Source: Octopus vulgaris
Lineage: Eukaryota
Length of the DNA stretch: 64,000 bases
Direction of reading: 5' to 3'
Assembly: GCA_951406725.2 (NCBI GenBank)
Contig: OX597815.1
Location: 187,922,001-187,986,000, forward strand
Position numbers and translations under genes: made by a program. Below the pieces are notes generated by a model. The model had not been told where the DNA came from. It made no database searches and saw only the letters and a list, made by a program, of their open reading frames with translations. Of this stretch, positions 1 through 13,164 are shown piece by piece (position 1 is the first letter of the stretch; every line of letters begins with the position of its first letter).

Positions 1-888
1 TAAATATTGATTTCAGATTTTGGTAGAGGGCCAGCAGATTTGGGGGAAGGGGTAAGTCACTTACATTGACCTCTGTGTTCAAATGGTGCATATTTCATTA
101 ACGCCCAAAAGAAAGAAAGGCAAAATCGACCTCAGCAGTATTCGAACTCAGAATGTAAAGACGGATGAAATACAGCTAAGCATTTTCCTGGCATGTTAAT
201 GATTCTTCCAGCTCGCCATCTAGAGAAATTAATAAATACGGTGTCCTATTTTTGTGATATTGATTTTTTGTTACACATGCATAGAGGTCAAAATTTGGAG
301 GAAAGAAACAGTTGATTAGATTGACACTTGCACTTGACTGATGCTTATTTTATCAACCCCAGGAGGATGAGAGGCATAATTGATCTTGGAGGCACAAAGC
401 AGTTTCTTTTCACCTTGCTTGTTGTTAGCCATGTGATCCTGGGTTCAGTCTCACTGTATGGCACCTGATTCAAGCATCTTCTACTGACCAAAGCCTTTTG
501 AGTAGTGGATTTTGTGGATGAAAACTAAAATAAGCCCATCACACACACACATTTGTGTGCGTGTGTAAGAGAGTGCACGTGTGTGTTGTTTTTGTATATA
601 ACCTGCCCTCATCTTGATATCATGTGATGGCTGTAAACAAGCTTCCCTGTCAAACAAGTGGTGGTGTTCATTTCCAGCATTGCATAAAAAAAAAAAAAAA
701 ACATTGGGAAATGATACCTTGCTTTGAAACAGGTGAAGGTTAGTGACAGGAAGAGCATCTGGCCGTAGAAAATTTGCTTCAACAAATTCTGTCTAACAAC
801 AATATGCAACCATGAAAGAGTGGAGGTTCAATAATTATGATGTGGGATTTGAACTCACAATAAATAGAGCTTTCAGCAAATAAAGAGA

Positions 889-1283
889 CTAGCAGTATTG
901 ACTGGCATTGCTCGGGTTTGTTTCGACCCTTTAGAATTGGAATTTTTGAAAAGTAAAAATTTTGCATTATGTAGCTTGTTATTCTCTTTAATTGAACATT
1001 TTTCTGGTTGAAATACACTGAAAAATGGCGACACAGCAGTCAAAAAATCGTAAAAAAATAGGGATTTTCATAGAAAAAAAGCACCTTTTTGATGTAAATA
1101 ATTTTTGGTGTTAACATGGTCCGATTTGAATTTTTTTTCTTCTACGGAAGGAAGAGCAAGCCTTCTTCTATCATACTCTCAATCTTGGTCAACTTGCGCC
1201 GTAGGGTCTCGGAGGAGATAGTGTTAGTTGAAGGCTACCAAACCTGCCATACACAGACAACTTCAGCTTTATATATAGAGAGA
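889..1283 (-). mobile_element. Non-autonomous Helitron (~395 bp)
   Basis: Minus strand starts TC(TC)TATATAT and ends in a degenerate CCCGAGCAATGCCAGT hairpin plus CTAG, inserted at A|T. Near-identical to 39912-40300. Confidence 0.85.
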
Positions 1284-1489
1284 TATAAGCATTGTCTGAT
1301 TTTTTAAAAGATTTTTGCCAATACACCTTTGGTGATATTAACTGAGTTTCTGTTACAATGACTATAAGAAAGTAGTTAGTTTTGTAGGAAACAGATCTTA
1401 GCTTTTTCTTGCTTGTGTCATTAAACTGTGGCCATGCTAGGGCACTCACTTGAGTAGTGGGTTTGGTAGATGGAATCTACCAAATCTAT

Positions 1490-1748
1490 TGGTCCAATCA
1501 ATGAAACAGCCAGCCTGTGAAATCAGCGTGTAAGTGGCTGAGCACTCCACAGACACACATACCTTTAATGTAGTTCTCAAGGAGATTCAGTATGACAAAA
1601 CTGGTCCTTTGTATTGCAGGTACAACTCATTTTTGCCAGCTGAGTGGACTGGAGTAATGTGATGTTAAGTGTCTTGCTCAAAGATACAACAGGTATTGAA
1701 CTCATGACCTTACTATCTTCAGCCGAGTACTCTAACCACTGAGCCATG
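1490..1748 (-). mobile_element. tRNA-derived SINE (family E), degenerate
   Basis: Minus-strand head TGGCTCAGTGGTTAGAG...GAGTTCAATACC; body matches 4543-4850 and 56790-57172. Confidence 0.7.
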
Positions 1749-2210
1749 TAGAACAGGACAAATACAAAGACACATACATGTGCACACAAACACATGCATG
1801 CACACACACTCACTCACACATGCATGCACACACACACACACACTCACAAAATGAGCATCCACACTATTTTCCTCTACCAAATTCAATCACAATGGATTTA
1901 GTCAGCCCAGCACTGCAGCAGAAGACACTTGCCCAAGGTGCCATGCAGAGGGACAGAACCCAAAACCATGTGGCTGGGAAGGAAACTTCTTAACCACACA
2001 GCCATACTTGCATTCCTAATTTCATCTCGGAGCCATTCAATTCATTTAATTTCATCATTACCCTCATCATCGTTTACTATCTGCTTTCCATGCAGGCATG
2101 TGTTGGACGGTTTGACTGAAAACTGGTAAGGCAGGGAGCTGCACCAAGTTCTAATCTGAGCCTGCAGACAATAACTATTAAATTAGTTTTAGGTATTATA
2201 ATCAGACAAA

Positions 2211-2610
2211 TCTATAAATATAAAAGTGAGGTTGTGTGGTGTCTGTCTCCTACGATTTAGATTCCTAACTACTCCCACATTTTGCAGTGCAATTTAACCA
2301 AAAGCGGGTGTCTTATAGACGTGATTCATATCGAGCCCTTCTGGGTATTAGCGCGCGTCTACAATGAGTCTACGATTTAAAAAAAAAATTTACCATCATT
2401 TTTTCCCCATTTTTAATGCATTTTTGGCATATATAAGGGAAGTAACTCTCTAAAAATGTATTATTAAATCTCAGAACGTAAAAAGCTACAGTAACCCCCC
2501 CCCACTTTGTGGTTAGCCATATTGAGATGGCTATTATACTTTACATCTCTAAAAATGCTTATATAGTTATTTCCCTTACAAACCCGAGCAACGCTGGGCG
2601 ATACTGCTAG
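2211..2610 (+). mobile_element. Non-autonomous Helitron (~400 bp, different interior)
   Basis: A|TCTATAAATAT start; 3' end AACCCGAGCAACGCTGGGCGATACTGCTAG|T. The empty site is visible in the inverted copy at 3711-3823. Confidence 0.9.
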
Positions 2611-2789
2611 TGATAAATAAATGATTAATTTGTTAAAACTTATGGCAAAGGTGGTGGTGGTGCCCCCACTACCACCACTTCAGTCAGCTAAGCCATCGTT
2701 GAGCTGCAGTCTGACTATGACTTGGCTGGCCAAAACTTCGGAGTCACTGTCAACAACATTCTTGTATAAGAATGAATATGCATATATAC

Positions 2790-3218
2790 AAAACAAATCA
2801 AAATAGATGAACATCAATAGAATCTGTATCTTTGTGGTACCAGTGCCGGTGGCACACAAGAAAACCATCCGAACGTGGCCGTAGCCAGTACCGCATTGAC
2901 TGGCCTCCGTGCTGTGGGCATGTAACAAACACCATCCGATCGTGGCCGTTCGCCAGCCTCATCTGGCACCTGTGTCGGTGGCACATAAAAAACACCATCC
3001 GAGCGTGGCCGTTCGCCAGCCTCATCTGGCACCTGTGTTGGTGGCACATAAAATCACCCACTACACTCTCAGAGTGGTTGGCGTTAGGAAGGGCATCCAG
3101 CTGTAGAAACACTGCCAGATCTGACTGGCCTGGTGCAGCCTTCGGGCTCCCCAGACCCCAGTTGAACCGTCCAACCCATGCTAGCATGGAAAGCGGACGT
3201 TAAATGATGATGATGATG
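2790..3218 (+). mobile_element. (GAT)n-tailed retroposon (family B) with ~60 bp internal subrepeats
   Basis: Repeated GTGCCGGTGGCAC units, then GTGGTTGGCGTTAGGAAGGGCATCCAGC, then a (GAT)n tail. At least 8 copies in the window. Confidence 0.8.
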
Positions 3219-4062
3219 TACACACACACACATGGTTATTTTAGTTTCCATGAAAATTTTGTATTATTTGCTTTGTCTTGCACCTTGAATTACATTATTG
3301 AATACTTTATGCTTGAGGACTTCTTATTTATGAAGACCCCATGTACGCAGGGTATATAAAATAGAAGTCTCTTGCCGGTATGATCTGTAAATATCAAGTA
3401 TTACAAAGATGTGAAAAGAAGAACAAACAAACATGATAAGCTGTTAGCTTCTTGTAATGTATTGCAACGAAAATATTTAATTTATTAAGATGAATATATT
3501 TATTAATAACTTTTCGTAATTAGTTTTACAAAACAAAATTAAAAGATGTTAATTATTTATATTAATTCTGCCAAATTCTTGTGCTTCAAAACATATCAAT
3601 TAAATCAACAGACTATTGTTTGTGTGGCTGGTTCATTGTCTTTGTTGGTCATCTTCATTTTAACCTCCATGAAGACGAAGGCGGCGGCGGCGGTGATAGT
3701 GACCCTCCCCACCACCACCACCACCTTTGCCATAGTTTTAATATATTAATCATTGATTTACCATTTGTCTGTAATATCTGGCACTAATTCAATAGTTATT
3801 GTCTGCAGGCTCAGATTAAGAACTAAAATACGCACACGTTTAAGGGTAACAAAAAAAATAAAATAAAAAAAAAAGAGGGCACCCTCGCTGTTATTTTCCT
3901 TTGTCAGATTTGTCATGGTGTAAATGATGCAGTTGAACTAGGAACTAGGGACCCAGAATAAATTGGAAAACACATGCATACACTGACTGACACAAACACA
4001 CATAAACGCATACACACTCATACACAAAGTTATAAATTTACGAAGCATCTATTCACACGTAT

Positions 4063-4273
4063 ATACTCTTTACTCTTTTACTTGTTTCAGTCATTTGACT
4101 GCGGCCATGCTGGAGCACCGCCTTTAGTCGAGCAAATCGACCCCGGGACTTATTCTTTGTAAGCCCAGTACTTATTCTATCGGTCTCTTTTGCCGAACTG
4201 CTAAGTGACGGGGACGTAAACACACCAGCATCAGTTGTCAAGCAATGCTAGGGGGACAAACACAGACACACAA

Positions 4274-4319
<46 letters not shown>

Positions 4320-4479
4320 GACAGGCTTCTTTCAGTTTCTGTCTACCAAATCCACTCACAAGGCATTGGTCAGCCCGGGGCTATAGTAGAAGACACTTGC
4401 CCAAGATGCCACGCAGTGGGACTGAACCCGGAACCATGTGGTTGGTTAGCAAGCTACTTACCACACAGCCACTCCTGCG

Positions 4480-4481
<2 letters not shown>
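4063..4481 (-). mobile_element. tRNA-derived SINE (family A) with internal (TA/CA)n, full length
   Basis: Minus strand GGCGCAGGAGTGGCTGTGTGG (A box) ... GGTTCAGTCCC (B box), CORE-like CTTGGGCAAGTGTC, (AAGAGTA) tail. About 20 copies in the window. Confidence 0.9.
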
Positions 4482-4538
<57 letters not shown>

Positions 4539-4542
4539 TAAA

Positions 4543-4850
4543 GGAATGTGGCTTAGAGGTCAGGGTATTTGGCTCACAATCGTAAGGTCATGAGTTCAAT
4601 TCCTGGCAACATGTTGTGTCCTTGAGCAAGACACTTCACATTGTTCCAGTCTACTCAACTGCCAGTCCATTCTAGTCCATTCAAAGAGCCAGCCATGTCA
4701 TATTCTGTCATGCAGAATCTCCCTGAGAACTACATTAAGGGTATGCATGTCTGTGGAGTGCTCAGCCACTTACACATTAATTTTACAAGCAAGCTGTTCC
4801 GTTGGTCGGATCAACTGGAACCCTCATTGTCGTAACTGACGGAGTGCCAG
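4543..4850 (+). mobile_element. tRNA-derived SINE (family E)
   Basis: TGGCTTAGAGG A box, GAGTTCAATTCC B box, tail GATCAACTGGAACCCTC...GACGGAGTGCC. Confidence 0.75.
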
Positions 4851-4879
4851 ATTTAAAAGATTTATATATATATATATAT

Positions 4880-5186
4880 ATATCGTAAGAGAACCATCTG
4901 AACATGGCCGTTGCCAGCGCCGTCCCGACTGGCCTCCGTGCCGGTGGCACGTAAAATGCACCATCCGATTGTGGCCGTTGCCAGCCTCGTCTAGCCCCTG
5001 TGCAGGTGGCATGTAAAAAGCACACACTACACTCACGGAGTGGTTGGCGTTAGGAAGGGCATCCAGTCGTAAAAACACTGCCAGATCAGACTGGGCCTGG
5101 TGCAGCCTTCTGGCTTCCCAGACCCCAGTTGAACCGTCCAACCCATGCTAGCATGGAAAACGGATGTTAAACGATGATGATGATGA
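4880..5186 (+). mobile_element. Family B retroposon inside (TA)n
   Basis: Same subrepeats, AGGAAGGGCATCC core and (GAT)n tail as 2790-3218. Confidence 0.8.
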
Positions 5187-5844
5187 CATATATATATATA
5201 TATATATATATAAATACAGTGTACATTTAAACACATAAGAGGCATCCGTGATAGGATTCCTTGCACGCTGGAAGAAACAGCTAAAATCCAAACCACCATT
5301 ACGGATAAACTTTGAAGGGAATGAAAAATAAAAACATTTACTATCTATCTCCTGAACTATGGTTTCAGACTATTTTTTAGCAAATAAAATAATTTTCAGA
5401 CCTCAAAGTAAATTTAGGAAACTTAAGAAAGTAAACTTAGATAATTTTAAAACCATAGTTTAAATTTTAACAAGAAGGAAAGATGATAGCATCTTGTTGC
5501 CATGATCAATATCTAAATGAAGAGCAGGTAAAAATTCTATTTGATGAACCCAGTATAATCTATGAATGCACAAATAATGCAATGAGATCATAGGCAGGAT
5601 GACAGAGGAAGAGGTCTTTGTGGTAGAAGCACAAGAGTAGTTAGCTGTAGGAATACATGCAGAATAAGTCCCTTAGAGTGTTCAGAAGGTTGATCAGACA
5701 TAGTTGATAGCTTTTATTACCTCAGTGACTTAAATTAACCATTGTAAAATAGTGGTTGGAGACAAAGGTGGCTATTGTAGAAGACACTCTTTCAAGGTGC
5801 CACACAGTAGAACTACTTGAGAACTTCTCCATATTTATGAAGAT

Positions 5845-5881
<37 letters not shown>

Positions 5882-6960
5882 TATGGGTTATATAAAGTAA
5901 AAGTTTCTTGTATGTATAATCTGTAAATTTCAAGTGTTACAAAAAGATTGACCCACAAATATATGTAAAAATATATTCCATAATTTCCCAAATTAGACAG
6001 AAAAGTTCACATTGATTTTGTAAGATGTTTTCATAGAAACTTGTAGAAAAGATCTGGGTGTTCTGAAAGCATAAGAGTCAGAGTAAGAACAAGGCAGAAA
6101 AAGTTTAGGGAACCATCACTTGAACTGGCAACAGGGCTAGATATAAGAGGAATCAAAGCTAGAGAGCAATTGAGAAGACTACCCTAGTACATGCACGTGA
6201 TGCATATAAAAGATGCCAGTTTTATAAAGAAATGCTGAACACTTGAAGTGAATAGAATCTGCGGGAGATAAAACCTAGAAAGTCAATGGATGAAGTGATG
6301 AAATCTGCCCTCAAGATGTTGAACTTCATTAAAGAGATGATGTCAACGAGGTAAGATGGTGATTATCACTAGTTGTTGCAAAAGACCTCTCTAGAAGTGC
6401 AAGTACGGCAAAACTGTTAAAATAACAGAGGATGTGTTGTATAATATCTGATTGGGCCTTGCCCAGTGTATATCTGCTAAATCAATATCTCCTGCCCTAT
6501 CTATCATTAATCATCCTCCAACTTATTCACTGTACCTCACTGCCTGTGTGAAGAGACAAGGTATTTAACCTGTCTGTATTCAATCTTTCTGCAATCATCA
6601 TCCATTACCATTATCACCTGTCACCTTCTTCCCGTCACAATACCTATATACCGAGGAATGGCTCATATTTGTCTATATTCAGTACCCACTACCGTTATCA
6701 GGTTTACTCCCCAACTCCTAGGTGATGTCTATCACTCACACTAACAATCACTCATTTCTGTTACTCAGCAATCACTCCCTTCTATCATGACACATCTTCA
6801 TTGCTATCCCATGAGGTTGTTTTCTGTTCAACCTCTTACCAACACTAACACCAACAACTCATATATAGCTGTCACTAATATATATTTACAACAAGAATAT
6901 TAATAACATTAATGAAATATTACAATTAATATCACTGAAGAGGTAAATGATATATTTTAA

Positions 6961-7783
6961 CCCTTTAACATTTAGATTTCTCAGTCAGATGTTTTGAATT
7001 AATACATTAATTCATAGGTTATTTAGTTTTAAAATGGCATTGTAGAGTAGGTGCGAGAGGTTGGATACAGTTAGTTTAATCCTTTCGTTACCAACCAGGC
7101 TGAAACCAGTTCAGGCTCTGTAGTACAAATGTCTTATTTTCAAAAGTTTTGAACGAAAACCTTCCACCAAACCTTAATCACAATTTATGTTCCTAACACC
7201 AGCTTATATGATAACCAAGTTATTTTACTAAATTCTTTGTTATACTCTTACTCTTTACTCTTTTACTTGTTTCAGTCATTTGACTGTGGCCATGCTGGAG
7301 CACCGCCTTTAGTCGAGCAAATCGACCCCAGGACTTATTCTTTGTAAGCCTAGTACTTATTCTATTGGTCTCTTTGCCAAATCGCTAAGTTACGGGGACT
7401 TAAACACTCCAGCATCGGTTGTCAAGCGATGTTGGCAGGGACAAACACAAACACACAAACATATACATACACACACACATATATATATATCTATATCTAT
7501 ATATACATATATACGACGGGCTTCTTTCAGTTTCCGTCTACCAAATCCACTCACAAGGCTTTGGTCAGCCCGAGGCTATAGTAGAAGACACTTGCCCAAG
7601 GTGCCACGCAGTGGAACTGAACCCGGGACCATGTGGTTGGTTAGCAAGCTACTTACCACACAGCCACTCCTACGTAATTGAAAGGAACACAGAGCATCTC
7701 AAAATAAATACAGTAATGAAAGAGTTAAACATGAACCAGGTAGAATATTTGGGACAGATATGGTTGGTTTAAATGCTGAAGGG
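6961..7783. mobile_element. Nested cluster: TTAA-MITE containing a second TTAA-MITE (7080-7724) that contains a family A SINE (7245-7673)
   Basis: TTAA|CCCTTT...AAGGG|TTAA outer termini. The inner element matches 25369-25590 and is split by the SINE. Confidence 0.75.
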
Positions 7784-7920
7784 TTAAACTTTTGTTAAAT
7801 TGGAATCTGACAACAGCCACAGGGTGGAGCAACCTCAGTGTGACAGTCACCAGAGTTAGTGGCAGCTGCGTGACCCACACTGCCAATTGTGATGGACTGT
7901 GTCTTGATCAAACTATAGAG

Positions 7921-8139
7921 CAGTGCTTTTCAACATTTTTGCTGGAGCGGAACCCCAAGGAAACATTTCACTGGCTTGAGGAACCCCTGTGCAATAATTT
8001 AATAGTCTTATGCACACATATCTGCACAGAAAAATTAAAAATTACTGCCAATTTTAGCAGTTTTGTAACTTCTTGCGGAACCCCTGGACTGTACTGGCGG
8101 AACCCTAAGGTTCCGCAGAACCGTTGTCGAAAACCACTG
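7921..8139. mobile_element. hAT-type MITE
   Basis: CAGTGCTTTTC...GAAAACCACTG TIRs, perfect 8-bp TSD CTATAGAG (7913-7920 / 8140-8147); second copy at 38301-38499. Confidence 0.9.
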
Positions 8140-8699
8140 CTATAGAGTGTTGTACGTAAACTACAGTTTGCATTGCTTAGGAAAAGCAGTCATGAGTAGT
8201 AAGATTGATCTTTATAAAAACATCTGGAAAATTTGAAATATATATATATATGCATATTCATCGTTATTTTATGTATGTCATTTTGGTTGTTTACTTTGCT
8301 TTGGTTACATATTGAACTAAAAAAAATTCTTCTTTTTAATGTGTTGTATGGCCCGAAGTGAAATGTAAGTTCCTGAATTTCTCATTAAATAATTTACTTT
8401 AGATTAACAAAATGATGAGTTAGATATTTTAACTACATAAACATTATCAAGTAAAAGGGACACTGAAACACCAATTAAAGAGACTCTGAAATTAACCTAC
8501 ACTTCTCAGCTGAAGCAATTTAAAATCCCAACAGAACAATCATGTGACAAGAGAGGCTGGATGTTTCCACTGCTAAGCATTGAAGCAGATTTGTTATGAG
8601 AAGTTGATCAAAGACTTTGTAATTAAAGAAAGCTGGACAAAACTTTTTGAAGTATTAAGTTATAAGTAGACAGCAATAAACATTATTTTGCATCTTTTG

Positions 8700-9205
8700 A
8701 GCCATATATGCTGAAATGCTATACATATATATATATATATATATAGCATTTCAGCATATATGTATACATGTGTGTGTATATGTATATATGTATGTGTGTG
8801 TATGTATATATATATATATGTATGTGTGTGTATGTATATATACATATATATATATATACACGCATACAAATACACACACATGTATACATATACACATACA
8901 AATATATATACATATATGCATACAAATATATATACATATATACACATATATATACACACACACATATATATATACATATAAATACAAATATACAGAAATA
9001 TACACACATATATATATACACACACATATATATATACATATATGCATACAAATATATATACATATATACACATATATATATACATATAAATACAAATATA
9101 CAGAAATATACATACCATATACATACAAATATACATATATATACATATCATATACGTACAAATATACATATATATACATATTACATATATATATATACAT
9201 ATTAC

Positions 9206-9246
<41 letters not shown>

Positions 9247-9255
9247 TATATATAT
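8700..9255. repeat. Compound (TA)/(CA)/(TG) microsatellite
   Basis: Directly visible; source of many spurious I/Y/H/T-rich ORFs. Confidence 0.95.
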
Positions 9256-10567
9256 AAGGTATGATGGGTAAATTGCTGCTCTTTTATATTCTTAATTTCA
9301 TGCATGTGCATTGTTTGTTTTTGATTGTGTCAACTACACAGTATGGGGCACTGTCTGTGAGAAAAACAGCACCACTCTGCCAGGAATTTGAAAATGACAT
9401 GCTGTACTACTAGGCATTCATGCCGGAAGCTCCAATACGAGCATTTCAGATTGTTTGGGTGTCAATCTGAGGACAGTGCAGTGTGAGGACATGTACCGAG
9501 AGTGATAAAAATCAAACATCCGGTCAACATCAGGGTGTTTGGATGATCGCTGGTAATGGCGACGTTATGCCTCCATCCATCTTCCCACATGGCCTCACAC
9601 TCAACATGGAGGCCTACATCAAGGCCAGTATGACAGGAAGTGGCCAGGCTCCAATTGTCTCTTGCGGCATGGTTTCTATGGCTGGATGTCCTTCTTAATG
9701 CCAACCTCTAAACAGTGTGCTGGGTGCGTCATACATGCAACCAGCACAGGTGCATTTATGCAGTACCAGCATGAGTGCATCTTCTATGACACTGGCACCT
9801 GTAAAAGACAAGTGCCTGGAAGAAGTAGTGTTGCCCTGGGTGATGAGGGTAGCTGCTGGAAGACCATATGACTGGCAACAGGACTCTGCACCATGCCACA
9901 CAAGCAGGAGAACCCAGCCATGGCTGTCAGATATTTTCTGCGACCACATCACCCCTAACATCTGGCCACCTAACTCTCCACACTGCAACCCCCTTAATTA
10001 TTATGTGTGGGGCAGAGTTGAATGAGAAACCAACAAAACTGCTTGTAACACCAAAGATGAACTGAAGTCAAGGATTATGGCAGCATTCACCAACTTAAAC
10101 AAGTTGTGTGTATGGAAGGGAGAAAATCAGGTGTAGTATTAGCGAATCTCAGGAAGCATGGAAGTTTTGAAGGATGCAGTGCTCTGACAACTAACAACTG
10201 ATGCCGGCAGTTATGTTCCATGCTTCAGCAACTCTTAGCGTGAAAAAATGTTTCCGAAAGTCATGGGAGCTGTGCTGTTTTCTGACTTTGTAAACATGTC
10301 CACAGGTGTTAGACAGATGGAGTTTGAAAAGGTGCTCAGAGTTATTGTTACAAAGGCTGCTGCTAATTATCATGAACAATTAGGAAAAGAAGAGTTGCAG
10401 GAGATTCTGAAGACATGTGGAGACTGTGGTTGAAGCCAATGGCTCTTTTATTAAATTAATTTACTCCTTGGAATTTCAAGATATTTTAATGTAGTTTTGG
10501 TAAAATGAGATGTTAATATTATTTTCATTTTTACATAATTAGACAATAGTTTATTCACTATACCCTC
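9256..10567 (+). pseudogene. Decayed Tc1/mariner-superfamily DNA transposon (transposase pseudogene)
   Basis: ORF 9717-10025 ends WQQDSAPCH...WPPNSPHCNPLNYYVWG (mariner-type catalytic motifs); C-terminal VETVVEANG at ~10420; degenerate TIRs. Interrupted by a family B fragment (~9626-9805) and a LINE fragment (10104-10388). Confidence 0.85.
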
Positions 10568-11047
10568 TGTGTGTGTGTGTGTGTGTGTGTTAAATAAAAG
10601 GAGAAAACAAAGCCAAGGCTGTGTGGAAAGAGAAATGAATGGAATAAAACTTGTTTCCTACCAGTAACAATAATTCTTCATTAAAATTTCTTTTCTTGAA
10701 ATCCCAGTCTGATATTGAGTTCTGTAAAAAAAAAAAAAGATTTTTTTTTTCTATATTTATATTTTACCCTAATAAAAATGATAAAAAAAAAGTGTTGGAA
10801 ATTAGCAATGTTTTTTTTCTTCCTGTTGCCTTCATTAATAAGCAAATAATCTGTTATAATGCTCAACCCTATTTAGTGTTGAACAAGCAATTATTACTTT
10901 TAAAAAACCCTAAAAAACAGGTTATATTTAACATGGTTGTGGGGCATGGCCTGGGGGTGGGGATTTGAAAGATAATCTTTCATTTCACATTCAGCAATTA
11001 TTATGTCTTAATAACAGGTACTATTTTGATGATATTATGTAGGGTAT

Positions 11048-11391
11048 TTTGTTTTTGGATTTGGTTTGCAAGATTCTTTATATGAGTTCATGTGTTGAAG
11101 CATATTGTGTTGTGTCTGGGGAGAGTCATTTTCTTTTTGTGCCTTATTATGTAACACACTCACCGGTAAAATTTCCACCTTTTTCTTATTTTTATTTTCC
11201 TAAAATTTTCATTGCATCTTGCAACCTTTTCAATAGTTTTCAATAGTCAAAACTATTGTAAAGGTTGCAAGACGCAACGAAAATTTTAGGAAAATAAAAA
11301 TAAGAAAAAAAGTGGAAATTTTACCGGTAAGTATGTTACGCAATAAGGCACAAAAAAAAAAAATGACTCTCCCCAGACACAACAGAATATG
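11048..11391. mobile_element. Fold-back insertion (arms ~140 bp, 11101-11391), Penelope-like structure
   Basis: Near-perfect palindrome centred at ~11245; ATGTAGGGTAT repeated directly on both sides. Confidence 0.7.
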
Positions 11392-12126
11392 TAGGGTATC
11401 ATTTAGCTTAATCTAGTCCCAATTGTCTGATGTTAACTTCTCAATGGTATCACAGTTAACATTTTCTGATTATTTCTCACCACAATCCCAACAGTTGCTC
11501 CCTGTTAGAAACAATCTAAAACTGACGCAAGAGATATTATCAAACCAGTTGTAAAAGTTGGCAATTTTCAAACATTTGTTTGATATCAATAAGAGACAGT
11601 TACCATCTGTTGGATTATTTATATTAATGGCATGTCAGCTAGCAATGTATGCGGTTGTGTAATTCGTTGAAATAGTATTCCAAAACTATGTCAATTCATT
11701 TGCAAAAACCTAAATTGTCATTTATATATTCTAATGTAATTAATACTTGGGGGCAAACTAAGAATTACATGACTATGAAAACTGAAAACACAATTATTTG
11801 TTTTGTCCTTATCATAAATTACATTAGGGAGAAAAGACAAAACTATTATTATAATGATAGAACTATTATTAATCGGCGGCATAAACCTACATTGATATGC
11901 TGGCAAAGGGATTTTTGTTAATATAATGGATCAATTCTAACAAGTGTATGCATATGTCTAAATAAATATTCTTTTATAACTATCACCATTACCATTACCA
12001 TTTTTCTTTTGCTATGTTGATTATTCTGCAGAAGAAAATTTTTCTCATAATAAATTGGTTCTACTGAAGCCTCTATGCAGTTGCCCAACCTGCTGAAAAT
12101 AGCAGCCGAGTTTCCTTCAAGCTTAA

Positions 12127-12339
12127 CCCTTCAGACTCCAGATTAGTTTATCAAATGTAATGTTTATTTATTCACAGTTTTGAATTAATCAGGCATTATC
12201 TCATAGCTTTGAAGTTTTGATGATGCATGAAATTAATTTTTTAGAGTGATACTGTAGGGTAGGTGCAAGAGGCCAGATCTGATTTGCTTGGGTCGCTGAT
12301 GATGATGATGATGATGTGGCTGGTTTAAATGCTAAAAGG
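12127..12339. mobile_element. TTAA-MITE (piggyBac-like), degenerate
   Basis: TTAA|CCCTT...AAAAGG|TTAA; interior matches 29535-29742. Confidence 0.65.
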
Positions 12340-12420
12340 TTAAATCCTACAATCTTGAAAACAGGAAAGACATTTTGAATAATGTAGTCCTACTTATCAC
12401 ACAGCCATTCCTATGCCTAT

Positions 12421-12865
12421 AGGCATAAGAGTGGTTGTGTGGTAAATAGCTTGCTTACCAACCACATGGCTCCGGGTTCAGTCCCACTGCATGGCACCTT
12501 GGGCAAGTGTCTTCTACTGTAGTCTCGGGCCGACCAAAGCCTTGTGAGTGGATTTGGTAGACAGAAACTGAAAGAAGCCTGTCGTATGTATGTATGTATG
12601 TATGTATGTATATATATATATATATATATGTATATGTATGAGTGTGTAAATGTTTGTGTGTCTGTGTTTGTCCCCCCAACATCGCTTGACAACCGATAGT
12701 GGTGTGTTTACGTCCCCGTAACTTAGTGGTTCGGCCGATAGAATAAGTACTAGGCTGACAAAGAATAAAACCTAGGGTCGATTTGCTCGACTAAAGGTGG
12801 TACTCCAGCATGGCCACAGTCAAATGACTGAAACAAGTGAAAGAGTAAAAGAGAGAGTGAAAGAG
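12421..12865 (+). mobile_element. Family A SINE
   Basis: Full head, internal microsatellite, AAAAGAGT tail. Confidence 0.9.
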
Positions 12866-13122
12866 ATTCCTAATGTCAGATTTGATGAGATGAGCTAATT
12901 AGCACGCCATTGATTCATAAGTTTGCCCGACAACAACAACAAGTTAAGCACGATGGTAATTAATGAAACCAGCAATAATTTATAGGACAATTTGCAGAAA
13001 AAAGATGTTGAAACTTTTAATGAAAAATCTTTTCTCCTTTTCTGGTTACAAAAGGCTGGTTTGAAAAGTTTAAGAATTGCTTGAATTTGCACAACATAAA
13101 AATAACTGGAGAAGCTGCTGTT

Positions 13123-13123
13123 A

Positions 13124-13164
<41 letters not shown>

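Noticed and set aside
3581-3787. ORF with GGGGG and HHHHH runs resembling a transcription-factor low-complexity region
   Set aside because: Short (GGC)/(CAC) repeats inside an inverted duplication; no splice support.
8660-9311. Long ORFs (up to 195 aa) in several frames
   Set aside because: Translation of (TA)/(CA) microsatellite; no coding complexity.
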